A stretch of DNA of 64,000 bases from a virus (IMGVR_UViG_2799112923_000001); one strand, 5' to 3'. Counted from the first letter of the stretch, positions 1 through 10,019 are shown. A program made the numbers and translations. The notes: a model not told the origin generated them from the sequence alone.

Positions 1-2
1 CA

Positions 3-1328
3 TTTGAAGATTATAAGAACAAGAATTTATCTAACAAGTATTGTGAAAAACGAAACAATCCTGTTTCTATCAAATGGAACATTTTGGATAATTCTGTGCT
101 TGAAGATACCGGACTTACTCCTGAATCTATGGAAAACTGGAGTGATATGTTCCAACTGGATGATGGTAGATTGAAAGAACGATATTATATTGCTGACTTG
201 ATTCGTGTTCTTTTCCGCATTGATGATAATGGCTATTCCGATAAAATCAAAAAGAAAAGAGAACTTGAAAAATCTGTTGGTAAGATTTTGGACCTTGAGA
301 TGGACACCATTATTTTTACCCCGTGCGGAAATGAAGCACAAATGAAATTCAAGGAACTCATTGAAAACATTGTTGGCGAAAAATATGATGTTATGGTTAT
401 GAATGGTGGTACCGAAGATGAAGATGGTACTACAAATGCCAAATGCGAAAAAGAAGCAAAGAGATTATCAAATTTGGCACATCGTAATGGTAGAAAATGT
501 ATTTTCATCACCTGTACTATGGGAACTCGTTCCTGGTCTAACAAGTGGGTAAAGAATGCAATTCTAATGTTCAATGATGGTAGTTTTGATATGGTTCAGC
601 AGAAGATTGCTAGAACTTTCACGCCATTCAATGACCCAAAACACAATGTAGCCCATATTGTTGATTTTCGTCTGACATATAGCCACGATACATGTAAGGC
701 CAATATCTATATTGTTGGTAACATTTTGGATAATCAAAAGAATAATTGTGGTGAACAGAATATCGGCAAATATGTTGAAGAAATGCTTGGTAGTGATAAA
801 ATTGAATTTATCAATGCGTACACCGGTAAGAATCCGATGAAAGTATTGAACGAACAAGAAATTATTGCTATGTTGGAAACCAGGAGTTTCATTAACCAAA
901 CTGTTGATTTGTTGGCATCCGATGTTGTTAATGAATGTTGCGACTATGAAGTAGATTCTCGTTTTCTTCTCAAAAAGATTAAAGAAAACAACAAATTGAA
1001 AAGCACCAATATCAAGGGAGACCGTGGTTCTGCGGCTCACGAAGAAAAGTCTAGAAAGAAGGGTAAGAGCGAAAAGATTGATTTGGATAAAATGCAGTGC
1101 ATTAAGTATATGCGTTTTATTCTCACCAATGGTCAGCTTTTCAATGTGAATAATTGCGATACAAATGTGTTGGCAAATATCATTAAGACATTTGATAAAA
1201 AAGACAACATTTCTTACATTGAAAACGAACTTGCTTTGGATAGTGGTCTTGTGAAGAAAATCTTAATCATTATCGCAAATAAGTTCTCCAGCGTTCAAAC
1301 CGACAAATACTTTAACTATGTAAAATAA
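3..1328 (+). CDS. SF2 helicase-like C-terminal region, 5'-truncated by window edge
   Basis: Frame open from base 3; IFITCTMGTRSWS...VQQKIAR...AHIVDFR resembles helicase motifs V/VI of restriction-type helicases. Confidence 0.55.
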   Translation, partial: FEDYKNKNLSNKYCEKRNNPVSIKWNILDNSVLEDTGLTPESMENWSDMFQLDDGRLKERYYIADLIRVLFRIDDNGYSDKIKKKRELEKSVGKILDLEMDTIIFTPCGNEAQMKFKELIENIVGEKYDVMVMNGGTEDEDGTTNAKCEKEAKRLSNLAHRNGRKCIFITCTMGTRSWSNKWVKNAILMFNDGSFDMVQQKIARTFTPFNDPKHNVAHIVDFRLTYSHDTCKANIYIVGNILDNQKNNCGEQNIGKYVEEMLGSDKIEFINAYTGKNPMKVLNEQEIIAMLETRSFINQTVDLLASDVVNECCDYEVDSRFLLKKIKENNKLKSTNIKGDRGSAAHEEKSRKKGKSEKIDLDKMQCIKYMRFILTNGQLFNVNNCDTNVLANIIKTFDKKDNISYIENELALDSGLVKKILIIIANKFSSVQTDKYFNYVK

Positions 1329-1384
1329 TTTTTACATAGTTTTTTAATATATTGGTTGACAGTTTACATAAAAATTACTATATT
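1319..1384 (+). promoter_or_regulatory. Early sigma70-like promoter with upstream palindromic operator
   Basis: TGTAAA-N6-TTTACA 1319-1336, 19-nt gap, TTGACA 1356, 17-nt spacer, TATATT 1379. Confidence 0.8.
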
Positions 1385-1412
1385 TACTATGTAAAAACAA
1401 TGAGGTACAACT

Positions 1413-2516
1413 ATGGCAAATCTTATTACTGAAACTACAAAAATTCTCACCAAGAAAGACGGCCTTTACATTGATGGTAAATTTATTGTTGGTTTTGAAC
1501 CCATTGAAAACTGTAAGAAACATTCATTGAACATTTATGCTTATGTGGATTTGAGTGACTGGAATACAGAAAACCACGAATTGAATATCAAGGTTGGTTG
1601 GGCAAAGAATGGTATTTACAATCGTTATCATAACCAGGACGCCAGCCACCCCTGGGAACGAGTGATTGGTTTGTGGCATGTGGATAGTGATAAGGTTGCT
1701 GATACTTTTATCCATAAATCTCTACAAGATAATTCCAAATACTACAAGAAAGACAAACTGTATCATTGGAACGAAAACGCAGCGAAGCGTGAAGAAGAAG
1801 ATATTAAGGGTTCTACGGAACTATATGTGATTGATTCCATTGAAGGTATCAAACAGCTCAAGGATGACATTACAGAATGTACAAAATCCGAAGTTGAATT
1901 GGAAGAAGTAAAATTGTACAAGGATATTCGTGATTTGGTGGTTGAAATCAAAGAAATGGATGCTAGAAATAATATCTTGTATCTTTGTACTCGTTGGGGA
2001 AAGACCAATACAATTTTGGAATTGGCTAAATTTCACAACGATGTAGATAATGTTCGTATTACCATTATGGCTGCTTATGTTGGAACCGTTCGTAATTCTT
2101 ACAAACAGAATTGTGCTACACTGAAGAATTATGCTAACATTCTTTTCGTTGACCCGGATGATTACGATAACGAAGAAGAATTGTTCATTGTGATTAAGAA
2201 TCATCTTATGGCTGACCCAAAAAATCATGTTATGTTCTATGTGGCTCTCACAGGAAACATTGCTGCTTTCAAACGTAGAATTTCTGTTTTGAATGATTTG
2301 GATTTTATCAAGAAGGAACTGGTCATTGAAGAAGCAGATTTTGGTTCTCATTGTGAAAATCAGTTGAACAAGATTTCCAAAATGGAAGAAATGAACATTT
2401 CTTACAACTATATTACAACTGGTACTGGTTGGAATAAAGTTAAGAAAATTTCCGATACATTGGGTGATGTGAAATTGTTCAAGAGAGAATACTTGAAGGA
2501 TGTACTTGGTAAGTAA
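1413..2516 (+). CDS. GIY-YIG/T5orf172-like nuclease domain fused to SF2 helicase N-terminal (ATPase) half
   Basis: IYAYVD...IKVGWAK...RY; motif I-like LCTRWGKT, motif II-like IEEADFGSH, motif III-like TTGT; stops before the helicase C-lobe. Confidence 0.6.
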   Translation: MANLITETTKILTKKDGLYIDGKFIVGFEPIENCKKHSLNIYAYVDLSDWNTENHELNIKVGWAKNGIYNRYHNQDASHPWERVIGLWHVDSDKVADTFIHKSLQDNSKYYKKDKLYHWNENAAKREEEDIKGSTELYVIDSIEGIKQLKDDITECTKSEVELEEVKLYKDIRDLVVEIKEMDARNNILYLCTRWGKTNTILELAKFHNDVDNVRITIMAAYVGTVRNSYKQNCATLKNYANILFVDPDDYDNEEELFIVIKNHLMADPKNHVMFYVALTGNIAAFKRRISVLNDLDFIKKELVIEEADFGSHCENQLNKISKMEEMNISYNYITTGTGWNKVKKISDTLGDVKLFKREYLKDVLGK

Positions 2517-2576
2517 ATAAAAATTTACATATTTTTACATTTTCCTATTGACAAAATGGCAGTTTATTACTATATT
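2512..2576 (+). promoter_or_regulatory. Early promoter with operator
   Basis: AGTAAA-N6-TTTACA 2512-2529, TTGACA 2548, N17, TATATT 2571. Confidence 0.75.
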
Positions 2577-2612
2577 ATGGTTATAGAAAACCACTAACAA
2601 TAGGAAAATTTT

Positions 2613-3764
2613 ATGATTTCTTCTGCTGGATTTATCAAATTTAATTGCCCATCCACCGAAAATCTTTTTGGTCTTTTCAATAGATACACAAATACGAAAT
2701 ACGATGTATGTGCCCTTATAACACTATCTAATGTTGTTTTATACCGACGATTTTTTGAGAGCAAATTAGCAAAGAAATATATTGTATTTGAAGAAAACTT
2801 TTTAGCCATCAAACATTTGTGCGACCATTACAACAATGTTGAATTTGTTGAAATAAATAACAAAAATATAAAAAACATTTTTATTGAAAAGGCTGATAAT
2901 ATGAAAATTGACCTTGCGATTATGAATCCCCCTTATGGAAAGCCGAAAGAAAAAACTTCTTCCAATCTCCATTACGATATAACAAAGGTTGTAAAATCTC
3001 GTTGCGACCGAACTCTTTGTATTCAGCCAATTAGAATGATTACAAGTACATCTGATAGTTTTGAAGATTACAAATTGGATTACGATAAAGATTTGGTTAG
3101 TGTGGATGAAGTAAATTCTAAGGTCTTTGAAAACACAAACATGTCTAATGTTGGAATTTTCTTTTGGGATAAGAACAAGACATCCAAGAAAATTTCGGTC
3201 AATCTTCTTAACGGTAGTCATTCTGTAAAGAGTCTGGTTGAAATTGATATTACATTTACGGATTACGAAAAATCTATTTTATCCAAAATTGAAAATGTTG
3301 GCAGCGTACAGAGCCATCTCATTGACTGGCGTAATTTCAATGAAGATTGTTTCAATTACTATTGTTTCGTGAATCGTGCTAATGGGTCTATGAATAGTAA
3401 ATTTCAGTCTGCTATTTTGGAAGAATTTAAGCCTAGCAAATTTAAGATTGCTTACGATTACAACCAGAACATAAATTCAAGGGGAAAATATGTGTTTGGT
3501 GGTAAGAGTGTGAAATATCTTAATAATCTTTTAGAAGCATTTAAGAGACCTCTTTTGCGATTTACTTTGGCTAAACTCCAAGATAGCCAATGTATGACTA
3601 TTCGTTGCTACAAATACATTCCTGACATTGATTGGGAAAATACTAAAACCAGTACAGATGAAGGTATTTTGGAATTGTGCGGTTGCTCAAAGACAGAAGC
3701 AAAAGCATTTGCCAAGTATTGTAAGAATTTTATGGATAATTTTGACAGTAAGGATGACGAATAA
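2613..3764 (+). CDS. N6-adenine DNA methyltransferase catalytic/specificity subunit (Eco57I/TaqI-like)
   Basis: IDLAIMNPPY catalytic motif IV, FENTNMSNVGIFFW motif VIII-like, C-terminal TRD-like region; no clear SAM-binding motif I. Confidence 0.75.
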   Translation: MISSAGFIKFNCPSTENLFGLFNRYTNTKYDVCALITLSNVVLYRRFFESKLAKKYIVFEENFLAIKHLCDHYNNVEFVEINNKNIKNIFIEKADNMKIDLAIMNPPYGKPKEKTSSNLHYDITKVVKSRCDRTLCIQPIRMITSTSDSFEDYKLDYDKDLVSVDEVNSKVFENTNMSNVGIFFWDKNKTSKKISVNLLNGSHSVKSLVEIDITFTDYEKSILSKIENVGSVQSHLIDWRNFNEDCFNYYCFVNRANGSMNSKFQSAILEEFKPSKFKIAYDYNQNINSRGKYVFGGKSVKYLNNLLEAFKRPLLRFTLAKLQDSQCMTIRCYKYIPDIDWENTKTSTDEGILELCGCSKTEAKAFAKYCKNFMDNFDSKDDE

Positions 3765-4285
3765 TGAGTATTTACGATTTTGACAATGATTTTGCCCATT
3801 ATGAAACTGACGAAGCCACACAGAAATCGTTAGGTCAAATTTGGACTCCTTATTCTATCATTGAACAAATGATGGATAAAGCAGGTCTAGTATCAGATAA
3901 AAATTCTATTTGGTATGACGAAACGAAAACCAATTTGGACCCGACTATGGGTGCGGGTAATATCGTAATTGGTATGCTTTATCGCAGAATCGTTGAATGT
4001 GGGCAAAATCCTGTTGTAGCACTATCTAATGTGTATGGTGTAGAACTAGACAGTAAAACACTCAAGTACGCCAGAGAACGCATTTACAAATTTATGATGG
4101 CTGTTGAGAAAAATCTTAATCTAAAGTTCACAGACGAAGAATGGAAAAGAATTAGGGCTATCATTTTTGAAGGTGATGGTAAGAAATATCCAAATTTCGT
4201 TGAGAGCGATATTTTCAAGTGGAATTTAGACGAATGGTGCCCTGAAAGCGAAGCACAAGGAGCATTTGGAGATTTCTTTGAATAA
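3764..4285 (+). CDS. N6-adenine DNA methyltransferase SAM-binding subunit
   Basis: LGQIWTP (motif X), LDPTMGAGN (motif I), VYGVELD (motif II); no NPPY; TAATG-coupled to previous gene. Confidence 0.75.
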   Translation: MSIYDFDNDFAHYETDEATQKSLGQIWTPYSIIEQMMDKAGLVSDKNSIWYDETKTNLDPTMGAGNIVIGMLYRRIVECGQNPVVALSNVYGVELDSKTLKYARERIYKFMMAVEKNLNLKFTDEEWKRIRAIIFEGDGKKYPNFVESDIFKWNLDEWCPESEAQGAFGDFFE

Positions 4286-4299
4286 CTAAAGGTGGAACT

Positions 4300-4653
4300 A
4301 TGACCAGAGAAGAACTTGTAGAAAAATTAAAAACTATTCCTACATATACAGAAATGGAAAAGTATTGTGATTGTGTTTTGATTGCTGATTGTGATAGTTA
4401 CATCACAAAGATTTCTACTGATGGTACATTCTATGTAGCACCAAATTTTGGAATTTTGCTTCGTAAAAATGGCAATCCACAGATTTTAGTGTTAGATGAA
4501 AAATTTGATACAACAGACAGTTTTAATGACTATTATCAGGTTCCAATAACTAACGATAAAGAAGTTAACCACAGATTTGAACAGTTGGTTCAACGAGTTA
4601 AAGAAGTTCGTGAACAACTCAATATAGAAAAAGCAAAGATGGATTTCAAATGA
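4300..4653 (+). CDS. C-terminal DF-motif family protein
   Basis: Ends EQLNIEKAKMDFK*; ATGA overlap with next gene. Confidence 0.75.
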   Translation: MTREELVEKLKTIPTYTEMEKYCDCVLIADCDSYITKISTDGTFYVAPNFGILLRKNGNPQILVLDEKFDTTDSFNDYYQVPITNDKEVNHRFEQLVQRVKEVREQLNIEKAKMDFK

Positions 4654-4988
4654 GCGAACACGAATTAGAAACTCAGGTCAAATGGTTATGGGAACATCAC
4701 CACGAAGATTTCAGTGTTATTATTCATTGGGCAATTATTCAGTCACAGGCTATCATTCACCATTTACCAGGTGAACAATATAGAATTTGCTTTTCCAATG
4801 TTAATAATCAAGTAAAAGCATTTCTACACGCATTGGATATTGAAACTGTTGAAAATTTTGGTCGCATTAATAATACAATGTTTAAATTCACTGAAGAACA
4901 TATTAAACTATTTCGCCAAATTGAAAACCAACTTTCTATACTGAAGGATTTTGATAATGACTTATGTGGAAATGACAGAACTGTTTAA
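4650..4988 (+). CDS. DF-motif family protein (short tail after motif)
   Basis: QLSILKDFD followed by 8-aa tail overlapping next gene. Confidence 0.65.
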   Translation: MSEHELETQVKWLWEHHHEDFSVIIHWAIIQSQAIIHHLPGEQYRICFSNVNNQVKAFLHALDIETVENFGRINNTMFKFTEEHIKLFRQIENQLSILKDFDNDLCGNDRTV

Positions 4989-5253
4989 AAGTCGCAGTTT
5001 AGATTATAGCCCACCACCCCGAGATGGCATGTATTGGGTTTATTATCTTAATGAGCCTTTTTGTGGTGTTGAGAAGCACAGAAAAATAAATCGCAGTGTT
5101 GTATTTTTTCCACATCTTCCTGGTGGTAATTATTACATAAAAGATGTTACAACTGATGATTTGGCTAATCGTATAACAGGATTTATCTTAAAAATCAAAC
5201 AGAAAAAATTGGATGAATCGTTAAAGAAATTAAATTCCGATTTTTGTAAATAA
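4957..5253 (+). CDS. DF-motif family protein
   Basis: Ends LDESLKKLNSDFCK*; last gene before a hairpin/promoter. Confidence 0.75.
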   Translation: MTYVEMTELFKSRSLDYSPPPRDGMYWVYYLNEPFCGVEKHRKINRSVVFFPHLPGGNYYIKDVTTDDLANRITGFILKIKQKKLDESLKKLNSDFCK

Positions 5254-5300
5254 AAAATTACATAACTTGGGTTGCTAAAACCCAGGTTTTTTGTTATATT
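5245..5300 (+). promoter_or_regulatory. Early promoter with operator and overlapping terminator-like hairpin
   Basis: TGTAAA-N6-ATTACA 5245-5262, TTGCTA 5272, N17, TATATT 5295; AACTTGGGTT/AACCCAGGTT stem followed by T-run. Confidence 0.65.
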
Positions 5301-5325
5301 TCAATTATAGTGTGAGGTATTTTTT

Positions 5326-5607
5326 ATGACTGAAGGTGATTTGTTTTTCTTGTGCCATAGTAATAAAATTTATAAAGAAGGTCTTTCTTATAAGTTAGAC
5401 GGGTCTATCTTTATTACAAAAGATTTAAGAAATAATCTTTGTATTACAACTGATTTAACCACAAAAGAAACAAAGAAATGGAAATTGGAAGATTTATCCG
5501 TAGAACAGTTTGAAAAGTATTTAAACAAATTTCTAGGCAGTCATAAGAAATTTCTCAATGAAAAACTAATTGCTGAAGCCAACAAGGATTTTATAGATGA
5601 CATTTGA
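5326..5607 (+). CDS. DF-motif family protein
   Basis: Ends KLIAEANKDFIDDI*. Confidence 0.7.
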   Translation: MTEGDLFFLCHSNKIYKEGLSYKLDGSIFITKDLRNNLCITTDLTTKETKKWKLEDLSVEQFEKYLNKFLGSHKKFLNEKLIAEANKDFIDDI

Positions 5608-5923
5608 CGAATTTAAAGAAATCGGTGAAAAATATGGTTTAAAAATTGTTCATATTCATGCGAATGTTTATGGAATGGGTTTACCTTGTTTTCCTGACCA
5701 AGATTGTTTTTGCCAATTTTATACCGATTGGACTAAATCTATTATGGGTCTTGATTATGAACTATTTCATAATGGTACTAGATTGGAAGTTAACGAAGCA
5801 AAATACTTTAAAACAGATATTACACCAATAAGATTTGAAACCAAAGTAAAGAGAGCAATTAAAGAAATCAAAGAACTACAAAATGAGTATAAAGAAAAAC
5901 AATTACAAGAGGATTTTGAATGA
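5597..5923 (+). CDS. DF-motif family protein
   Basis: Starts MTFDEFKEIGEKYGL, ends KEKQLQEDFE*. Confidence 0.8.
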   Translation: MTFDEFKEIGEKYGLKIVHIHANVYGMGLPCFPDQDCFCQFYTDWTKSIMGLDYELFHNGTRLEVNEAKYFKTDITPIRFETKVKRAIKEIKELQNEYKEKQLQEDFE

Positions 5924-6306
5924 CTGAATGGGATTTTGTAAAACTACTAGAAAATTATGGTATGGATGTAAGTAAATTTCAGGACGCTGGAGAACTAGAT
6001 TATGTTAGGGGAAAGTTTATATTGAATTTACCTAATTATAGAGAAGAAAACGATACCATCGCATTTTATTCTCGTAGAGAAAACGCATTTTTCATTAGCA
6101 GAAAACTTTATTACAGATTTAAGAGTAAAATTAGCCGAATTTGTATTTTGGGTGAAGCTTGCCCGAACAGTGATATGACAACAGATTACCAACGATATGA
6201 AATGGATGATGAAAAAGGTGTGACTGATGCCATTACATATCTGGCTAAACGATTTAAAGATATTAGAAACAACATTAGTATCAAAATTGTTAAAGAGGAT
6301 TTCTAA
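5920..6306 (+). CDS. DF-motif family protein
   Basis: Starts MTEWDFVKLLENYGM, ends KIVKEDF*. Confidence 0.8.
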   Translation: MTEWDFVKLLENYGMDVSKFQDAGELDYVRGKFILNLPNYREENDTIAFYSRRENAFFISRKLYYRFKSKISRICILGEACPNSDMTTDYQRYEMDDEKGVTDAITYLAKRFKDIRNNISIKIVKEDF

Positions 6307-6596
6307 TGGACCTGGCATTTCTTAAAGAACAACTTACTCCATTTGGTTTTGTTTGTGAACACGCATTTGGTGAAAAGTGGTTTCATTTCAAAGCACGAAT
6401 TGGTGAATCACCATTCTTACAGTATAATGGTGAAAATAGGGTTGTACAGATTTTCCCTAATTATGCGTCTAATTTTGGTTTAGAATATCCAAATGGTAGT
6501 GTTATAGATTTTCCAAAATATGCCGAGCAATTTCTTAAATCAAGAAAAGACTGGATGGTTGCGAAGAAACTTAAAAAAATCAAAGAGGATTTCTAA
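6306..6596 (+). CDS. DF-motif family protein
   Basis: Ends KLKKIKEDF*; TAATG coupling at both ends. Confidence 0.8.
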   Translation: MDLAFLKEQLTPFGFVCEHAFGEKWFHFKARIGESPFLQYNGENRVVQIFPNYASNFGLEYPNGSVIDFPKYAEQFLKSRKDWMVAKKLKKIKEDF

Positions 6597-6853
6597 TGAC
6601 TGTTGAAGAATTTACAAAGATATTAGAAGAACGTGGTAAAAGCGATAGAGATGCAGTACGATTGATTGACAACCATCCGTCAGTTTGGGCAAGTCGCATT
6701 GAAAACAGGTCTATGCATTGGGTTCGTTTTGATAAAACATTCCGAGAAGAAACTGTTGAAGAAGAAATTGGGCGAGGTGAAATTACCCGATTGCTTTCCA
6801 AATACAAAAAAGAACAAAAAGAAATTTCAGCACTATCGGATGATTTCGTATGA
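6596..6853 (+). CDS. DF-motif family protein
   Basis: Ends EISALSDDFV*. Confidence 0.75.
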   Translation: MTVEEFTKILEERGKSDRDAVRLIDNHPSVWASRIENRSMHWVRFDKTFREETVEEEIGRGEITRLLSKYKKEQKEISALSDDFV

Positions 6854-7131
6854 CTAGAAAAGAAATTTTAGACATAGTATCTCAAAATGGATTGGAAATT
6901 TTTGTTGACAAATTCTTGTTTAATAATAGACTTGTTTGTACTTATGGAAATTCCAATACTGATGCAGAACCTTGGTCTGACGATGAAAAATGGTTTATGC
7001 GTTTTAAAGGTTTTGATGTAAATCTTTATAACCCTATCGCAGCAAGATTTAAGACCCAACATACTATTCTTGAAATTAAGAAACTAATTGAACAAGAAAC
7101 TTTGGATAAAATAAACGAGGATTTCGTATGA
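6850..7131 (+). CDS. DF-motif family protein
   Basis: Ends LDKINEDFV*. Confidence 0.8.
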   Translation: MTRKEILDIVSQNGLEIFVDKFLFNNRLVCTYGNSNTDAEPWSDDEKWFMRFKGFDVNLYNPIAARFKTQHTILEIKKLIEQETLDKINEDFV

Positions 7132-7529
7132 TTTTTTATACTACATTAGATGAAATTGAAAAAATCACAAGGAATTTAGGACTGAAGATTGACCAAGTAG
7201 ATAATCTAACATATAAAATCTATGCTCCAATCCCAGATCAGTTTATGCACCATATCTTTGTTGGCTCGGATAGAAGGAAAGATTTTGGCTTGGAAATCTG
7301 TGAGTTTGATACATCAGGCTATTACATTTGGAATGAAAACATTAAATTTCTTGATGGTATTAAATCTTCCACAAATCACCACTGGACATCCTGGGTTCAC
7401 CCATTATTTTTAACCAGAGTAAAATACAGATTAACTCAGGCAAAGAAGATGTGCGATAATATGAGTTTAATGTGGAAACAACGAATTATGAAAGAAAACT
7501 TGGATAAAATGGAGCGAGATTTTATATGA
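7128..7529 (+). CDS. DF-motif family protein
   Basis: Ends LDKMERDFI*. Confidence 0.8.
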   Translation: MIFYTTLDEIEKITRNLGLKIDQVDNLTYKIYAPIPDQFMHHIFVGSDRRKDFGLEICEFDTSGYYIWNENIKFLDGIKSSTNHHWTSWVHPLFLTRVKYRLTQAKKMCDNMSLMWKQRIMKENLDKMERDFI

Positions 7530-7867
7530 ATGACATTGAACAAATTAAAGAAATGATTTTGGCTTGTGATTCCAATATAAGAGTTTCTTATTATTTTGAT
7601 GAAAATTTTCTATGGTATTCAAAGTTCTATTTTGGCGAGATTAACATTAAAACAGAGAAAGTAGAATTTTGGAGAATTTATTTTGACGAATTAACCAAAA
7701 GAGGTTATAAGACATTATATACCGAAGTTCCATTTAACGAAATTACACCAGATATTGTTAAAGAACAAGTTAATTGTTATATTCAAAATTTGGAATTTAC
7801 GAATAAACGAATAAAAGAAACTGAAGTAACGAGGATGATTGCCGATGCCGGAAAAGATTTTATTTAA
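7526..7867 (+). CDS. DF-motif family protein
   Basis: Ends RMIADAGKDFI*. Confidence 0.75.
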   Translation: MNDIEQIKEMILACDSNIRVSYYFDENFLWYSKFYFGEINIKTEKVEFWRIYFDELTKRGYKTLYTEVPFNEITPDIVKEQVNCYIQNLEFTNKRIKETEVTRMIADAGKDFI

Positions 7868-8174
7868 ACAAAACCCGATAGCAGCCAAAAGAAAGTTCAT
7901 TAGAAAATATCTGTTATCAAAAGGGTTGGTTGCGTGGGGTTATTTAGATGCTCATATTTCATTACCAAACGAATATATGATGTGTGCGTTGTTCCCAACG
8001 AATGTAGTATTTTTTAGATGGAAAAATATAAAAGAATCATACACTATTGAAATGAAATATGAAGATATAACCGAAGATGTTTTAGAATGTTGTTTGAAAA
8101 GATATTTGTTTGAAGTTAAACACAGAAAACAACAAAAAGCATTAAATAACATTAAAAGGGATTTCAATGACTAA
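7845..8174 (+). CDS. DF-motif family protein (start uncertain)
   Basis: Ends ALNNIKRDFND*. Confidence 0.7.
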   Translation: MPEKILFKQNPIAAKRKFIRKYLLSKGLVAWGYLDAHISLPNEYMMCALFPTNVVFFRWKNIKESYTIEMKYEDITEDVLECCLKRYLFEVKHRKQQKALNNIKRDFND

Positions 8175-8511
8175 GGAAGAGTATATAAAAAGAGTTAAAA
8201 AGAATATACCAGATGCTATTACTGAATACAGAAATTGTGAAGGTAATATAGAAACTCTATTCTTGACACCAGAGCACTGGTCTATTTCTCATTATAACGA
8301 TAAAACATTTTCATTCTTTCGTTATTATTTTGCCGAAAATAAAGCACAGTTAAATGTAAATTTTATTGGTGAATTTGAAGATTGGGATGAAGATACAATA
8401 GATAAGTTATGTAAAGAATATATTGATTCATATAACAAAGTTTCATTACAAGTTAAAGAATACAAACTAAAACACGAACTAGATAAACTAGAAGGAGACT
8501 TCAATGACTAG
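8167..8511 (+). CDS. DF-motif family protein
   Basis: Ends LDKLEGDFND* (GAC TTC codons). Confidence 0.8.
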   Translation: MTKEEYIKRVKKNIPDAITEYRNCEGNIETLFLTPEHWSISHYNDKTFSFFRYYFAENKAQLNVNFIGEFEDWDEDTIDKLCKEYIDSYNKVSLQVKEYKLKHELDKLEGDFND

Positions 8512-8779
8512 ACAAGAAATAGCAAGAGAAATTGACGAAATTCAGCAAGAAATGAAATGCTTGGATATGCGCCGAGATATAATCAATAACACATACAAAC
8601 AAAAAGAAGATTGGCACCGACATTGGGGGTTTGAACTAACACCCGAAATTAAGGACAAGATTGTAAATTTTGAGTTTAAGCATATTGACCCAAATGGGGT
8701 GTATTACAACAATATGGATTATCTTGTTAAACTGCGTGATGCCAAAGAAAAAGAATGGGAAGTTAGTAAAGATTTCTAG
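8504..8779 (+). CDS. DF-motif family protein
   Basis: Ends KEWEVSKDF*; last gene of the run. Confidence 0.7.
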   Translation: MTRQEIAREIDEIQQEMKCLDMRRDIINNTYKQKEDWHRHWGFELTPEIKDKIVNFEFKHIDPNGVYYNNMDYLVKLRDAKEKEWEVSKDF

Positions 8780-8883
8780 CCACTTGCCCAGGAATTGACG
8801 TACCTGGGTCAGTTGGGTTTAATTAGTATAGTTAATCCACCAAAAATTACTGGCTCCTTAGAGCCATTTACTGGTAAATAAAT

Positions 8884-8949
8884 TGTAAACAATAATTTAC
8901 ACAGTTTTTTAAGAATCCTATTGACAGTTCAATGGGATTTTTCTATATT
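8884..8949 (+). promoter_or_regulatory. Early promoter with operator
   Basis: TGTAAA-N6-TTTACA 8884-8901, 19-nt gap, TTGACA 8921, N17, TATATT 8944; AGAGG SD before 8978. Confidence 0.8.
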
Positions 8950-8977
8950 ATAATCAAACAAAAAGAGAGGTACAACT

Positions 8978-9376
8978 ATGGCTATGAAAGAGATTATTTC
9001 CAAACGTCGCACGGTTGAATTTGAAATCAAGGGCGAAAAGGTAACAATGACACTCAAACGATTTGAAGGTAAAACTCGCAAGCACGATTATCTCGGTCGC
9101 CCAGCAGGTTGGGGAATGAGTGGTTGTACCCGAGTAACATGTTCTCTCTATCCGAAATGTAACTGGGGGCCCTATGTGGATTTTGGTGAACGAACCACTG
9201 ATTGTTCCCTTGAAGGTTGGGAAATGAAGAAACCGGAATTTTCGCTCATTGACGATATGGCAACTGCTTTGATTTTTGAATACAAGGGTTGGACCGATGA
9301 CGAAAAGTACGAATCCGTTGACGAAGTTTTGAAAAAGATTGAAAAGTTTAACAAGAAGAAAACCAAGAAGGCTTAA
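8978..9376 (+). CDS. Hypothetical early protein
   Basis: 132-aa ORF with strong SD after promoter. Confidence 0.7.
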   Translation: MAMKEIISKRRTVEFEIKGEKVTMTLKRFEGKTRKHDYLGRPAGWGMSGCTRVTCSLYPKCNWGPYVDFGERTTDCSLEGWEMKKPEFSLIDDMATALIFEYKGWTDDEKYESVDEVLKKIEKFNKKKTKKA

Positions 9377-9377
9377 T

Positions 9378-9707
9378 ATGGGATTTTTCAAAGAACTAAT
9401 TGATATTATCAAAGACAGAATGACACCGGAAGGCACTACACGAATTGCCGAAACTGAAGATGGAAAATTTCGTTATCAGGTCTATGGGATGAATGATTAT
9501 GAAATGGCTCATGGTGCTTTTTCGTGTATGAACTATGGCTGGCATACAATGCAGTTGAACATTGGTCATCACATTAAATTCAATAGAATGATGGCTATCT
9601 TTGATACACTCAAAGAAGCAGAAAATTTTAGAAATTTCATTGAAAACTATTGTGATAAAGAAAAGTTAGCATACAAACGAGCAACCACTGTAAAGAATGT
9701 TTACTAA
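9378..9707 (+). CDS. Hypothetical protein
   Basis: ATG immediately after upstream stop. Confidence 0.65.
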   Translation: MGFFKELIDIIKDRMTPEGTTRIAETEDGKFRYQVYGMNDYEMAHGAFSCMNYGWHTMQLNIGHHIKFNRMMAIFDTLKEAENFRNFIENYCDKEKLAYKRATTVKNVY

Positions 9708-9718
9708 GGAGAACTAAA

Positions 9719-10018
9719 ATGAAGAAAATCTTTTTGATTGTTATGTTGTTCGCACTTTCTGCTTTCGCAGATGAAATGTGTGTTGTTACATTCAAGATTA
9801 AGCAGTCAACATTCACACTGAGCATTAGCGAACATATCAAGAACGAAGCCAATAAGCAGTTCCTACAAATTCCTGTGGATTGTGATTTCTACAATACATT
9901 GAGCATTGGTCAGGAACTCCACAACGAATTTAAGGTTGGTTCGTTCATTTTCAATGGTGATTTTTCTCGCCTAAAGATTACAGTTGAAAACAAACAGAAG
10001 GTAATTAAGGAGAAATAG
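9719..10018 (+). CDS. Small secreted protein
   Basis: AGGAG SD; MKKIFLIVMLFALSAFA signal peptide. Confidence 0.7.
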   Translation: MKKIFLIVMLFALSAFADEMCVVTFKIKQSTFTLSISEHIKNEANKQFLQIPVDCDFYNTLSIGQELHNEFKVGSFIFNGDFSRLKITVENKQKVIKEK

Positions 10019-10019
10019 A

